From NCBI GenBank assembly GCA_045590155.1, contig JAZNQL010000005.1, positions 1-63,016 on the forward strand: a stretch of DNA of 63,016 nt, written 5' to 3'. This DNA comes from Clostridia bacterium. Its GTDB lineage: Bacteria; Bacillota; Clostridia; UMGS1883; UMGS1540. Made by a program: the position numbers and the translations under genes. The notes beneath the pieces are model-generated. The model was not told the origin of the DNA, did no database searches, and was given only the letters and a program-made list of their open reading frames with translations. Shown in pieces: positions 1-9,388 of this stretch (the first letter of the stretch is position 1; the number at the start of each line of letters is the position of its first letter).

Positions 1-2850
1 GAGAATTCTGGATACAACACCCTTGTTACCGTGACGGCCTGCCATTTTGTCGCCGACAGAGATTTTACGTTTCTGTGCAATGTAAACTCTTACAAGTCTG
101 TTTACACCGGGCGAAACTTCGTCGCCGTTTTCACGGGTAAACTCTTTAACATCAACAACTATTCCTGCTTCGCCGTGAGGAACTCTTAATGAAGTATCTC
201 TTACTTCTCTTGCCTTTTCGCCGAATATTGCTCTTAAAAGTCTTTCTTCGGGAGTAAGCTCGGTTTCGCCTTTAGGTGTAACCTTACCTACCAATATATC
301 TCCCGATCTTACCTCTGCACCAATACGGATTATACCGTTTTCGTCGAGGTCTTTTAAAGCATCTTCGCCGACATTAGGAATATCTCTTGTAATTTCTTCT
401 GGTCCGAGCTTTGTGTCTCTTGATTCGGACTCGTATTCTTCTATGTGAACAGATGTAAATACATCATCACGTACAAGCTTTTCATTTATGAGTATAGCAT
501 CTTCGTAGTTATAGCCTTCCCAAGTCATAAAGCCTATAAGCACGTTACGTCCCAAAGCGAGTTCGCCTTCAGATGTTGAAGGACCGTCTGCTATAATATC
601 GCCTTTCTTAACTTTTTCGCCAACCGAAACAATGGGTCTTTGGTTTATACAGGTACCCTGGTTTGAACGCGAGAACTTAAGAAGTTTGTATTCATCCTTG
701 CCTGATTTTTTAGCAATAACTATTCTGTTTGCTGAAACAGATTCAACAACACCGTCATTTTTAGCAAGTATAACAACGCCCGAGTCTTTTGCTGTTTTAT
801 GTTCCATACCAGTGCCAATGATAGGCGACTGAGGATTTAACAACGGAACTGCCTGACGCTGCATGTTTGAACCCATCAGCGCACGGTTAGCATCATCGTT
901 TTCAAGGAAAGGAATCATTGCAGTAGCAACTGATACCATCTGGCATGGAGCAACGTCCATATAATCAATATCTGCGGGATCAACTGCAACGAATTCGTCT
1001 CTCTTACGGGCAGTAACCTTTTTAGAAACAAAATGGCCCTTTTCGTCAAGAGGTTCGTTCGCCTGGGCAACGATGTATCTATCTTCAATATCGGCTGTCA
1101 TATACTCGATTTCGTCGGTTACAACACCTTTCCCCTTGATAACCTTTCGGTAAGGAGCTTCGATAAAGCCGTATTCGTTTACTCTTGCGTAGGTACTTAA
1201 AGAGTTTATAAGACCGATGTTAGGACCTTCAGGTGTTTCGATAGGACACATACGTCCGTAGTGGGTGTAGTGAACGTCACGAACCTGGAAACCAGCTCTC
1301 TCTCTTGAAAGACCGCCAGGACCTAATGCCGAAAGTCTTCTCTTGTGAGTAAGCTCGCCAAGAGGGTTTGTCTGGTCCATAAACTGTGAAAGCTGTGAAC
1401 TGCCGAAGAATTCTTTTATGGTAGCCACAACAGGTCTTATATTTATAAGTGACTGAGGTGTAACAATGTCAAGGTCCTGAATGCTCATTCTCTCTCTTAC
1501 ACCGCGTTCCATTCTGGCAAGACCCATGCGGAACTGGTTCTGCAAAAGCTCGCCAACACCTCTGATACGTCTGTTACCGAGGTGGTCGATATCATCAATA
1601 TTTCCCATGCCATCAAAAAGATTCAAAGCATAGTTTACCGATGCAAAAATATCTTCTATTGTTACATGTTTTGGAACAAGCTCGTCACGGCGTGCCTTTA
1701 TAGCCTCGCGGATTTCGTCTTCAGAGCCTGCTGTTTCTAAGATTTCGTCAAGTACCTTTTTAACAACCTTTTCTTTGATTTTAAGGTCAGTTATATCAAA
1801 GTCAACATATTCCGAAAGCTTAACTGTATCGTTAGAGAAAACTTTTACTTCTCTGTCGTCAGCAGTAACATAAACAGTATTTACACCTGCATTTTCAATA
1901 GCCATAGCCATTTCTGCCGAAATAATGTCGCCCTTTACGGCTAAAATTTCGCCGGTTCTCGGGTCAGCAATATCGCGGGTTGTTTCTCTTCCCACAATAC
2001 GATCAGAAATTGCAAGCTTCTTATTATACTTATAACGGCCTACTTTTGCAAGGTCATATCTTTTTGCATCAAAGAAAAGCGCAGAAATCAGTGATTCAGC
2101 CCCTTCAACCGTGGGAGGTTCTCCAGGACGGAGTCTGCGGTAAATTTCAAACAAAGCTTCTTCTCTTGTTTTTGCAACATCCTTTTCCATTGTAAGGCGA
2201 AGATGAGGATCGTCCCCGAACACCTGTTCAATTTCAAGGTCGGTTGAAAGACCGAGTGCACGGAGCAACACTGTAACAGGCAACTTACGCTGTCTGTCAA
2301 TTCTTACATAAAACACTCCGTTTGTGTCGGTTTCATATTCAAGCCACGCACCGCGGTTAGGAATAACCTGCGAGAAGAGAAGCCTTTTATTTGTCTTTTC
2401 GTCACGTGAATCGGTAAAATAAATACCAGGAGAACGTACAAGCTGACTTACTATAACACGTTCAGCACCGTTTATAATAAAGGTGCCGTTGTCAGTCATA
2501 AGAGGGAAGTCGCCCATAAAGATTTCCTGCTCTTTAATTTCGCCGGTTTCGGTGTTGATAAGTCTTACGCGAACTTTCAAGGGCGCTGCATAGTTAGTGT
2601 CACGCTCTTTACATTCTTCAATGTCGTATTTCGGCTGACCGGAAAGGTCATATCCTATAAATTCGAGGACCAAGTTCCCGGTATAGTCGCTTATGGGAGA
2701 AACGTCATGGAAAACCTCTCCAAGACCTTCTTCAACGAACCAGTTGTATGAGTTCTTCTGAACCTCGATGAGGTTTGGCATTTCTAAAACCTCGTCGATT
2801 TTCGCATAGCTATATCTGGTGTTCTTTCCCATTTTTACCGGATGTATCAT
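1..2850 (-). CDS. rpoB: DNA-directed RNA polymerase beta subunit, N-terminal 950 codons (3' end runs off the window edge)
   Basis: The minus-strand frame is open from 2850 to position 1, so it is absent from the ORF track. ATG at 2850-2848 follows GGGGTGA. Hand translation gives [43 protein letters not shown]. In frame at 1260-1201 it reads [20 protein letters not shown], the conserved RpoB motif. Confidence 0.93.
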
Positions 2851-2975
2851 ATCAATCACCCCATTTAAAAATTTGTTTTGCCAAAGACTACGATGTCAAA
2901 TATGTTAAAGAATATTATGAAACATAATAAAACGGCAAAATTACCCATTATGGGTATTTTATACTATGGACTATC

Positions 2976-3004
2976 ATTATACCACCCATAAAAAAGCTTG
3001 TCAA
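2976..3004 (-). promoter_or_regulatory. SigA-type promoter for rpoB: TTGACA-17 nt-TATAAT
   Basis: Minus strand reads TTGACA (3004-2999), a 17-nt spacer, then TATAAT (2981-2976). This leaves a leader of about 125 nt before the rpoB ATG. Confidence 0.6.
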
Positions 3005-3086
3005 GAAGAATTTTGCCAAATTTTAAAATTTTTAATTTTTTTGTAATTTTAGGGGTATTATATCAGTATTATTATAGATATAACTT

Positions 3087-3396
3087 TGTATGGTTCGGCG
3101 GTTTCCGACGAATCGTCCAATACACCAAACAAGATTATATGCAATTTTAATTGCAGGGAATGGCGGACAAATGCAGGACATCGAACACGTTGTGCCCTGC
3201 GATATGTTTTTTATGTTAATATTTTTTGTAGGGGGTTGCGACCCAGGTAAGCTGGTTTATTAAATGCATCTTTTGCGGGAGGGAGTGGAAGCCCTCCCTC
3301 TACAATATATTTTATATTTTTCCTTTGTAAGGGCGGAGTTCCATCCCCGCCCGTTTTACAAAACAAGGAACGGCACTCAAGACCGTTCCTTACAAA
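3087..3396. repeat. Cluster of about six GC-rich hairpins flanked by TTTGTAnGG / CCnTACAAA in an AT-rich spacer
   Basis: Hairpins seen:
- TGTATGG..CCAATACA (3088-3124)
- GCAGGG..CCCTGC (3153-3200)
- TTGTAGGGGGTTGCGACCC (3226-3244)
- GGGAGGG-8 nt-CCCTCCC (3277-3298)
- TTTGTAAGGGCGG..CCGCCCgttTTACAAA (3324-3362)
- AAGGAACGG-9 nt-CCGTTCCTT (3365-3391)

The last one is about 85% identical, in reverse orientation, to 18654-18689. Confidence 0.55.
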
Positions 3397-3411
3397 TCCC
3401 TATGTTTTTCA

Positions 3412-3446
3412 CACAATAAAAAAGCGAGCGCTTTATGCGCTCGCTT
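3412..3446 (-). terminator. Intrinsic terminator of the S-layer-like gene
   Basis: 10-bp GC-rich stem AAGCGAGCGC / GCGCTCGCTT (3422-3431 / 3437-3446) with a 5-nt loop. It is followed on the minus strand by TTTTATTG, about 25 nt after the stop codon. Confidence 0.8.
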
Positions 3447-3470
3447 CTTATTTTTAAGAAGGTCTGATTA

Positions 3471-6341
3471 TTAAGCTTCGTTTTTAACTTCGTTTTTAAC
3501 TCTGTAAACAACAACGTCTACAACTTCGTTATCAAATGTACGAACGTATGCCCAGTGGCAATCATAATCTACCTTTGTTACGCCTACGATGATGTTGCTT
3601 GCTCCTATAACTTCAACAGTTGTGCCGTTGCCGGTGAGTGCAACTTCGTATACGTTAACACCTTTTGCATTTACTGCGAATGAGAGGTCAACGCCGTCAG
3701 CATCCTTGAGGTAGCTTGCGTCTCTCTTTTCTGTGTCAGCCCAGTTTTCCTTAGTATCTGTAAGCATTAACTGGCCGTTAAGTCTCTTAGCTGCGAAACC
3801 GAAAGCATCCCATGTTTCATCGCTGTCGCCATAGTTGTCGTTTAAGGGAGCACCTTCATTGTCAGCCATGAGGGTTTCAGCTGTGTCAACAGCCATGAGA
3901 ACCTGAATCTTATCGATAGCACCGTCAGCGTCGAGGCTGAAGATTACAGCGTCACCAGCTTCGAGGTCAGCTGCGTCGAAGTCTGCGATAGCATCGCCAT
4001 TGATGTCGTAGAATTCACAACCATCTTCTGCGATAATTGCAGATACTTCTTCACCGCTCTGGTAACCGTAAATCTTTGTGAATGTTTTACCGTTATCTGC
4101 ACCTTCTGCAACTCTGTCAATGATGAGGAGCTGAGTTTCGGGGAGAATCTTTGTATCTACGTTGTAAACAACTACAACTTTAGCTGTTGTGTCTACATCG
4201 TATGCAGCATATTCGTAAGTTTCGTTGTCGATGAAGATTGAAGCTGCTGTTGCAATCTTAATATCTTCTTCTTCGTCGATTGTCTTAATGTCAGCTTTTG
4301 CAGTAGCGATGCTGAATACAATTGTATCTTCGCCGAGGTATGTCTTACCAACTCTGTTGTTGGATTCTCTGTAGATAGCTTCTGTGTCGGATGCATATTC
4401 GCTGAAGTAGTCTGCTGATTTAGCACCTGCAAGATAAATCTTGTTGATCTTGCCTTCGTCGTTAGCTTCGTACTGGAAGAGCTGAGGTGTTACTTCTGTT
4501 GAGTAAGCCTTTGTTTCGGAGTTGTATGTGATATCGATGAATCCAGCGATACCTTTTATAGCTTCGTCATAATCCTTGCTAGCACCTTTGTATGTGTAAA
4601 CTTTCTGAGCAAGTTTTGTTTCAACCCACTGGTTGTCTTTAGCTAAGAATTTGAGTTCAACTGTAGCACCGCCGATGCCGTTTGTTACAACTGCATTGTA
4701 GAGGAAGCCGTAGTTTTCGCTCTTTGTGGATGTAGCATCCTTGTCAACTATTCTGTTGTCGATGTTTACATAGAATAAACCTGTGTCGCCAACCTGAGGA
4801 GTTGTCATAGCGTAAGCTGATACTTTGTAGTCGTTACCATCGATTGTGTAGATGGTTTCGCCTGTCTTGGAGTCTACTCTCTGTTCTGTGATAGAACCGT
4901 TAACAGTTGTCTTTGAAATGTAAACTGTTACGAGTGTAGAGTCAGAGCTGATAGCGAGTGTAAGAACGTCGCCTACTGCAACATCATCAAATGAAGCAAC
5001 TGTGCCGTCTGCATTGTAGAATCTTGTGATAACGTTTTCGTTGTCGATATCGATATCGGAGATAGCAGCTTCTTCAGTGTCGATAATCTGATTTGATTCA
5101 GTTTCAACTGCGCCTACTACGTAGTCGCCTGTGTATTCTGTTACCATAGCGAAATCGTAAAGTTTGTCGTTGTCATAGTCAAGGAATTCAACAACGCCTG
5201 AAGCAGGAGCTGTTAAGAAGCCTTCAGCTTCTTTTCTTGAGCTGTGCTGAGCTCTGCCGTTCCAGAGGTAATCAAGACCTTTTGCAAGCTTGATTGTAAC
5301 CTTGTTTGTTGTGCCTTCAGCAACGTACTGGATTGTACCAGTTGCTTCTGTTGTAGGCGCAACGAATGAACCAGCTGTGATTTCTGTGTAGTCAAGAACG
5401 AGTGATACGTTCTTAGCTGCTTTAGCTGCGATAGCAATGATTTCTTCATCGCCTGAAACCTGGTTTTCTTTAACGTAAACGATTACGCTCTGTCCGAAAT
5501 ATGAAGCAGCGTCAACGCCTTCAGCTTCGATAAATGATGTTTCGTTCTGTGTAACCTGTTCGCCGTTAATTTTGTTGTACTTAATTGTGATGCTCTTGTC
5601 TTCGTTGTCAGTAGCTGTTGTAAGGTATGTGCCTGTGATGAAACCTTCGTATGTGTCTACTTCGAGAGCGTCAGAAAGAAGTGTTTTCTTTGTGTAGTTT
5701 GTGCCGTCCATTACAGCGTATTCGGGTTCATTTGCTTTCCAGGAAACCTGTTCCATTGTGCAAACGTCGAGTGCGTTGTATGTGAGGCGAGCCATGTTAG
5801 CTCTTGTGATAGCAACTTCTGCTGTGCCGCTAACACCGTTTGTCATTTTGTTCTGTGAAGCAACTACTAAATATCCTGAGGGATATCCGCCGTTCTGTTC
5901 AGCCATGGGTGTGTAGCCTAAAGCTGCAACAACCATTTTAACTGCCTGTTCGTACTTAACGGTATCTTCGGGACCGAATGTGCCATCACCATAGCCGTTT
6001 ACTATACCGCTCTGGCAAGCGAGGTTGATGTAACCTGTTGCCCAGTGGTCAGCTGCAACGTCTGTGAATACTGTAGCACCCTTTGCGCCTTCAGCTGCAC
6101 TTTCAAGACCTTTAGCTCTAACTATGATAGCTGTAGCTTCTGCTCTTGTGAGGTCAGCGTCGGGACGGAAGTTGCCTTCGTCATCGCCTTCCATGATGCC
6201 GAGGTACTTTAACATGTCTGTAGCCTCTGCATAGGAAGCACTTGCGTCTACGTCAGGATAGTTAGCTGTAGCTGAAACTGACAGACTAAAAATCATAGCA
6301 AACGCGAGAACTGTTACTAAAACTTTTTTGAGATTTGTCAT
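3471..6341 (-). CDS. S-layer-like cell-surface protein with N-terminal signal peptide and three SLH domains (956 aa)
   Basis: The ORF track gives 3471..6488. I prefer the internal ATG at 6341, which is preceded by TAAGGAGG and is followed by a signal peptide (MTNLKKVLVTVLAFAMIFSLSVSATA). SLH motifs follow: YPDVD..TRAEATAIIVRA, FTDVAADHWATGYI..GYGDGTFGP and a third degenerate copy. The remaining roughly 750 aa are Thr/Val/Asp-rich and beta-type. Confidence 0.85.
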   Translation of the reverse strand: MTNLKKVLVTVLAFAMIFSLSVSATANYPDVDASASYAEATDMLKYLGIMEGDDEGNFRPDADLTRAEATAIIVRAKGLESAAEGAKGATVFTDVAADHWATGYINLACQSGIVNGYGDGTFGPEDTVKYEQAVKMVVAALGYTPMAEQNGGYPSGYLVVASQNKMTNGVSGTAEVAITRANMARLTYNALDVCTMEQVSWKANEPEYAVMDGTNYTKKTLLSDALEVDTYEGFITGTYLTTATDNEDKSITIKYNKINGEQVTQNETSFIEAEGVDAASYFGQSVIVYVKENQVSGDEEIIAIAAKAAKNVSLVLDYTEITAGSFVAPTTEATGTIQYVAEGTTNKVTIKLAKGLDYLWNGRAQHSSRKEAEGFLTAPASGVVEFLDYDNDKLYDFAMVTEYTGDYVVGAVETESNQIIDTEEAAISDIDIDNENVITRFYNADGTVASFDDVAVGDVLTLAISSDSTLVTVYISKTTVNGSITEQRVDSKTGETIYTIDGNDYKVSAYAMTTPQVGDTGLFYVNIDNRIVDKDATSTKSENYGFLYNAVVTNGIGGATVELKFLAKDNQWVETKLAQKVYTYKGASKDYDEAIKGIAGFIDITYNSETKAYSTEVTPQLFQYEANDEGKINKIYLAGAKSADYFSEYASDTEAIYRESNNRVGKTYLGEDTIVFSIATAKADIKTIDEEEDIKIATAASIFIDNETYEYAAYDVDTTAKVVVVYNVDTKILPETQLLIIDRVAEGADNGKTFTKIYGYQSGEEVSAIIAEDGCEFYDINGDAIADFDAADLEAGDAVIFSLDADGAIDKIQVLMAVDTAETLMADNEGAPLNDNYGDSDETWDAFGFAAKRLNGQLMLTDTKENWADTEKRDASYLKDADGVDLSFAVNAKGVNVYEVALTGNGTTVEVIGASNIIVGVTKVDYDCHWAYVRTFDNEVVDVVVYRVKNEVKNEA

Positions 6342-6459
6342 AATTCTCAAATCCTCCTTAAAAAATTTTTTGAAAGAGATGTTAGGTTTTGCACCTGCCG
6401 CATCTCTTTCTTCTACGACTTGTGCACAAGGAGATGATACTCTCCCCCTGTATGCATTG

Positions 6460-6488
6460 ATTATAGCACGAGGCTTTTTTATAGTCAA
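6460..6488 (-). promoter_or_regulatory. SigA-type promoter for the S-layer-like gene: TTGACT-17 nt-TATAAT
   Basis: Minus strand reads TTGACT (6488-6483), a 17-nt spacer, then TATAAT (6465-6460). This gives a 5' UTR of about 115 nt. Confidence 0.6.
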
Positions 6489-6625
6489 TGCACTTTTTTC
6501 ACTTGTAACATAACTGTAAAATTGCTTTCACATTAACGCCACAAATGGGGTAAAAACACTATCTCCACCTTGCCATTTTACACTTTTATTTTACATTTGT
6601 CAAGTTTTTCGTACAAATTTTGCGG

Positions 6626-6654
6626 TTGACGGCATTTTTTCTTTGTGCTATAAT
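6626..6654 (+). promoter_or_regulatory. SigA-type promoter for htpG: TTGACG-17 nt-TATAAT
   Basis: TTGACG at 6626-6631, a 17-nt spacer, TATAAT at 6649-6654, about 35 nt upstream of the htpG ATG. Confidence 0.6.
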
Positions 6655-6688
6655 CTTTCTATATTGATTATATGAAAGGATTTTTAAA

Positions 6689-8494
6689 ATGACAAAAGGC
6701 AATATTTCAGTAAATACCGAAAATCTTTTTCCTATTATAAAGAAGTGGCTTTATTCGGATAAAGATATTTTTGTAAGAGAACTTGTGTCGAATGGGTGCG
6801 ACGCTGTGTCGAAGCTTTCAAAGCTTTCGGCTATGGGGGAGGCAGGTGCTCCTGAAAGCGGTTTTGTAGATGTTATTATAAATAAGGAAGAAAAAACTTT
6901 AACCTTTTCGGATAACGGCATAGGAATGACCGAAGAAGAGGTTGTAAAATATATTGCCGAGGTTGCTTTTTCGGGTGCGGCTGAGTTTATTGATAAATAT
7001 AAAGACGAAACCGACGAAAACAGAATTATAGGTCACTTCGGTTTAGGCTTCTATTCTGCGTTTATGGTGTCGGACAGAGTTGACATAAACACTCTTTCGT
7101 ATAAAGAAAACGCCAAAAGTGTTTTATGGAGCTGTGACGGCGGTACAGAATACGAAATTTCTGAAGGCTCCCGTAAAACAGTGGGCACAGATATTGTTTT
7201 GCATATTGCAGAAGACAGTCTTGATTTTCTGGAAGAAAACACTGTAAAAAATGTGCTTACAAAATATTGCGCATTTTTGCCAACACCCATATATCTTTAT
7301 ATGGCGGGTTCGGAAAAGGGCGAATGTATAAACGACCTTACACCCCTATGGCTTAAAAAACCTTCGGAATGCAAAGAGGAAGAATATATCGAATTTTATC
7401 ACAAGGTTTTCCCAGATATAAACGACCCGCTCTTTTACATTCACTTAAATGTTGATTTTCCTTTTAATTTAAAAGGTATACTTTATTTCCCCAAGCTGCG
7501 TCATGAATTTGAAATGAGCGAAGGACAGATTAAGCTTTTTAACAACCAGGTTTTTGTTGCAGATAATATTAAGGAAGTTATTCCTGAATTTTTACTTCTG
7601 TTAAAGGGTTGTATTGACTGTCCCGACCTTCCGCTTAACGTTTCGAGAAGCTTTTTGCAAAACGACGGATATGCTGCAAAGGTTTCGGCTCATATAACCA
7701 AAAAAGTTGCCGATAAACTTCTTTCCTTATATAATAATGAAAGAGAATCTTACAATAAGTACTGGGATGATATAAATCCCTTTGTAAAATACGGCTGTTT
7801 AAAAGACGAAAAGTTCTATGACAAAGTTAAAAATGCCATAGTTTACAAAACCACCGACGATACTTATTTATCTTTGGAAGATTATCTTGATAATGCGAAG
7901 GCAAAAAATCACGAAAACACAGTTTACTATGTTTCCGACCCCATATTGCAAAGCTCTTATATCGAAATGTTTAAAGCAGAGGGACTTTCGGCAGTTATTC
8001 TGCCAGTAATTATCGACAACCACTTCATTTCGTTTGTGGAATCCAAAAAGCCCGAGGTAAGGTTTATGAGAATTGACTCATCCCTTGCATCCGCTTTGCA
8101 GAAGGAAGGGGACTCTGCCGATAAAGAAAAGCTTTGCGCTCTTTTTAAAGAAGCAATAGGCGACGAAAAGCTTAACATAGACGCTTCGCCTTTAAAAACC
8201 GATGCACCCGCTGTTATGCTTTTAGACGAGCAGTCAAGACGTATGGGCGAAATGATGAAAATGTATGGTTCAGCATTCCCGAAAGATATGTTCAGCGAAA
8301 GCTTTACTCTGAATATAAATCTTGCAAACCAGCTTGTTAAAGCCTTAAGCTCTTTTGCCGACAACAAGGAAAAGGCTTACCCCGTAGCACGCCAGATTTA
8401 TGACCTTGCACGCCTTGCCCAAAGACCTCTTGAAGGGGAAGAACTTGCTGAATTTATAAAGCGTACATCAGAGCTTCTTTTAGGAACTCTTTAA
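6689..8494 (+). CDS. htpG: Molecular chaperone HtpG (Hsp90 family)
   Basis: 601-aa ORF. The N-terminal GHKL ATPase signature is present: FVRELVSNGCDAVSKL, DNGIGMT, GHFGLGFYSAFMV. Confidence 0.93.
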   Translation: MTKGNISVNTENLFPIIKKWLYSDKDIFVRELVSNGCDAVSKLSKLSAMGEAGAPESGFVDVIINKEEKTLTFSDNGIGMTEEEVVKYIAEVAFSGAAEFIDKYKDETDENRIIGHFGLGFYSAFMVSDRVDINTLSYKENAKSVLWSCDGGTEYEISEGSRKTVGTDIVLHIAEDSLDFLEENTVKNVLTKYCAFLPTPIYLYMAGSEKGECINDLTPLWLKKPSECKEEEYIEFYHKVFPDINDPLFYIHLNVDFPFNLKGILYFPKLRHEFEMSEGQIKLFNNQVFVADNIKEVIPEFLLLLKGCIDCPDLPLNVSRSFLQNDGYAAKVSAHITKKVADKLLSLYNNERESYNKYWDDINPFVKYGCLKDEKFYDKVKNAIVYKTTDDTYLSLEDYLDNAKAKNHENTVYYVSDPILQSSYIEMFKAEGLSAVILPVIIDNHFISFVESKKPEVRFMRIDSSLASALQKEGDSADKEKLCALFKEAIGDEKLNIDASPLKTDAPAVMLLDEQSRRMGEMMKMYGSAFPKDMFSESFTLNINLANQLVKALSSFADNKEKAYPVARQIYDLARLAQRPLEGEELAEFIKRTSELLLGTL

Positions 8495-8517
8495 AATTTA
8501 CAAAAGGATTTGATTTT

Positions 8518-9384
8518 ATGGTATACTTCGGCCCTTCGGGCAATCCCCCAATGTTTTACGATGCGGGGGGTAAGCACTCAAAAGAGGTTCCCTCCTTTTT
8601 AAAATCGGTAGGACTTTCCGCCTATGAATATCAATGCTCCAAAGGATGCAAAATAAAGGAGGAAACGGCTGCCGCAATAGGCGCTGCCGCAAAAGAAAAC
8701 TCGGTTTTGTTAAGTATTCACGGACCTTATTATGTAAATCTTTCGTCTTTAGAAGGCGAAAAAAGGGAAAACTGCATAAGATATATGCTTGAAGCCCTGC
8801 GTGTTGCAAATATTATGCAGGCAGACAGAGTTGTTATACATTCAGGCGGCTGCAACAAAATGCCAAGAGAGGATGCCCTCGCCCTTGCAATGCAAACTCT
8901 TTCGGAGGCTATAAAAGCTGCCGATGCAGAGCATTTAGGTCATATACATCTTTGCCCCGAAACCATGGGCAAAATAAATCAGCTTGGGACTTTAGACGAA
9001 GTAATCCGCCTTTGTCTTTTAGACGAAAGGCTTGTTCCTACAATAGATTTTGGTCATCTTAACGCCCGCTCCTTTGGCGGAGTTAAAACAAAAGAGGATT
9101 ATGCCTTTATTTTAGACGAAATTTATAATAAGCTTGGAAGCGAGAGAGGCAAAAGCTTCCATGCACATTTTTCAAAAATAGAGTATACCGAAAACGGAGG
9201 AGAAAAACAGCATCTTACATTTGATGACACTGTTTTCGGTCCGGATTTTGAGCCTTTGGCTCTCCTGCTTGCCGAGCGTGATATTTCGCCGAGAATTATC
9301 TGCGAATCTAACGGAACAATGGCAGAGGATGCTCTTTTAATGAAAAAAATGTATGAAAATGCTCTTTTACTGAAAAAGGACTGA
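8518..9384 (+). CDS. Endonuclease IV-like / xylose-isomerase-type TIM-barrel protein
   Basis: 288 aa. It has Nfo-like metal-ligand motifs in the canonical order: SIHGPYYVNL, VIHSGG, CPETMGK, IDFGHLNA, FHAHFS. The family assignment is by motif only. Confidence 0.6.
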   Translation: MVYFGPSGNPPMFYDAGGKHSKEVPSFLKSVGLSAYEYQCSKGCKIKEETAAAIGAAAKENSVLLSIHGPYYVNLSSLEGEKRENCIRYMLEALRVANIMQADRVVIHSGGCNKMPREDALALAMQTLSEAIKAADAEHLGHIHLCPETMGKINQLGTLDEVIRLCLLDERLVPTIDFGHLNARSFGGVKTKEDYAFILDEIYNKLGSERGKSFHAHFSKIEYTENGGEKQHLTFDDTVFGPDFEPLALLLAERDISPRIICESNGTMAEDALLMKKMYENALLLKKD

Positions 9385-9388
9385 TAAT

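Noticed and set aside
3160-3219. 19-codon ORF MADKCRTSNTLCPAICFLC (four Cys) in the rpoB-upstream spacer; possible RiPP precursor
   Set aside because: The purine-rich stretch (GCAGGGA) abuts the ATG, so the spacing is too short. There is no convincing plus-strand promoter. No radical-SAM enzyme, cyclase or transporter is nearby. The sequence is better explained as part of the GCAGGG..CCCTGC hairpin of the repeat array.
3324-3396. TGTAAGG..CCTTACA arms resembling catabolite-responsive element (cre) half sites
   Set aside because: A cre is a 14-bp palindrome (TGTAAGCGCTTACA). Here the arms are separated by 20-25 nt of GC hairpin, and no catabolic gene is downstream.
6342-6488. N-terminal extensions given by the ORF track, for the S-layer gene here and likewise for jag, whiA, dnaE, parB, efp, the SDR and two small ORFs
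   Set aside because: In each case an internal ATG has a proper Shine-Dalgarno sequence at 5-10 nt. It also yields the canonical family N-terminus or signal peptide, or gives a typical stop/start overlap with the upstream gene.
6489-6688. Looked for a CIRCE (TTAGCACTC-N9-GAGTGCTAA) or CtsR (GGTCAAA direct repeat) operator upstream of htpG and lon
   Set aside because: Neither motif is present in the htpG or lon upstream regions. A GGTCAAA..GGGTCAA pair at about 45571-45595 lies inside dnaE and has the wrong spacing.
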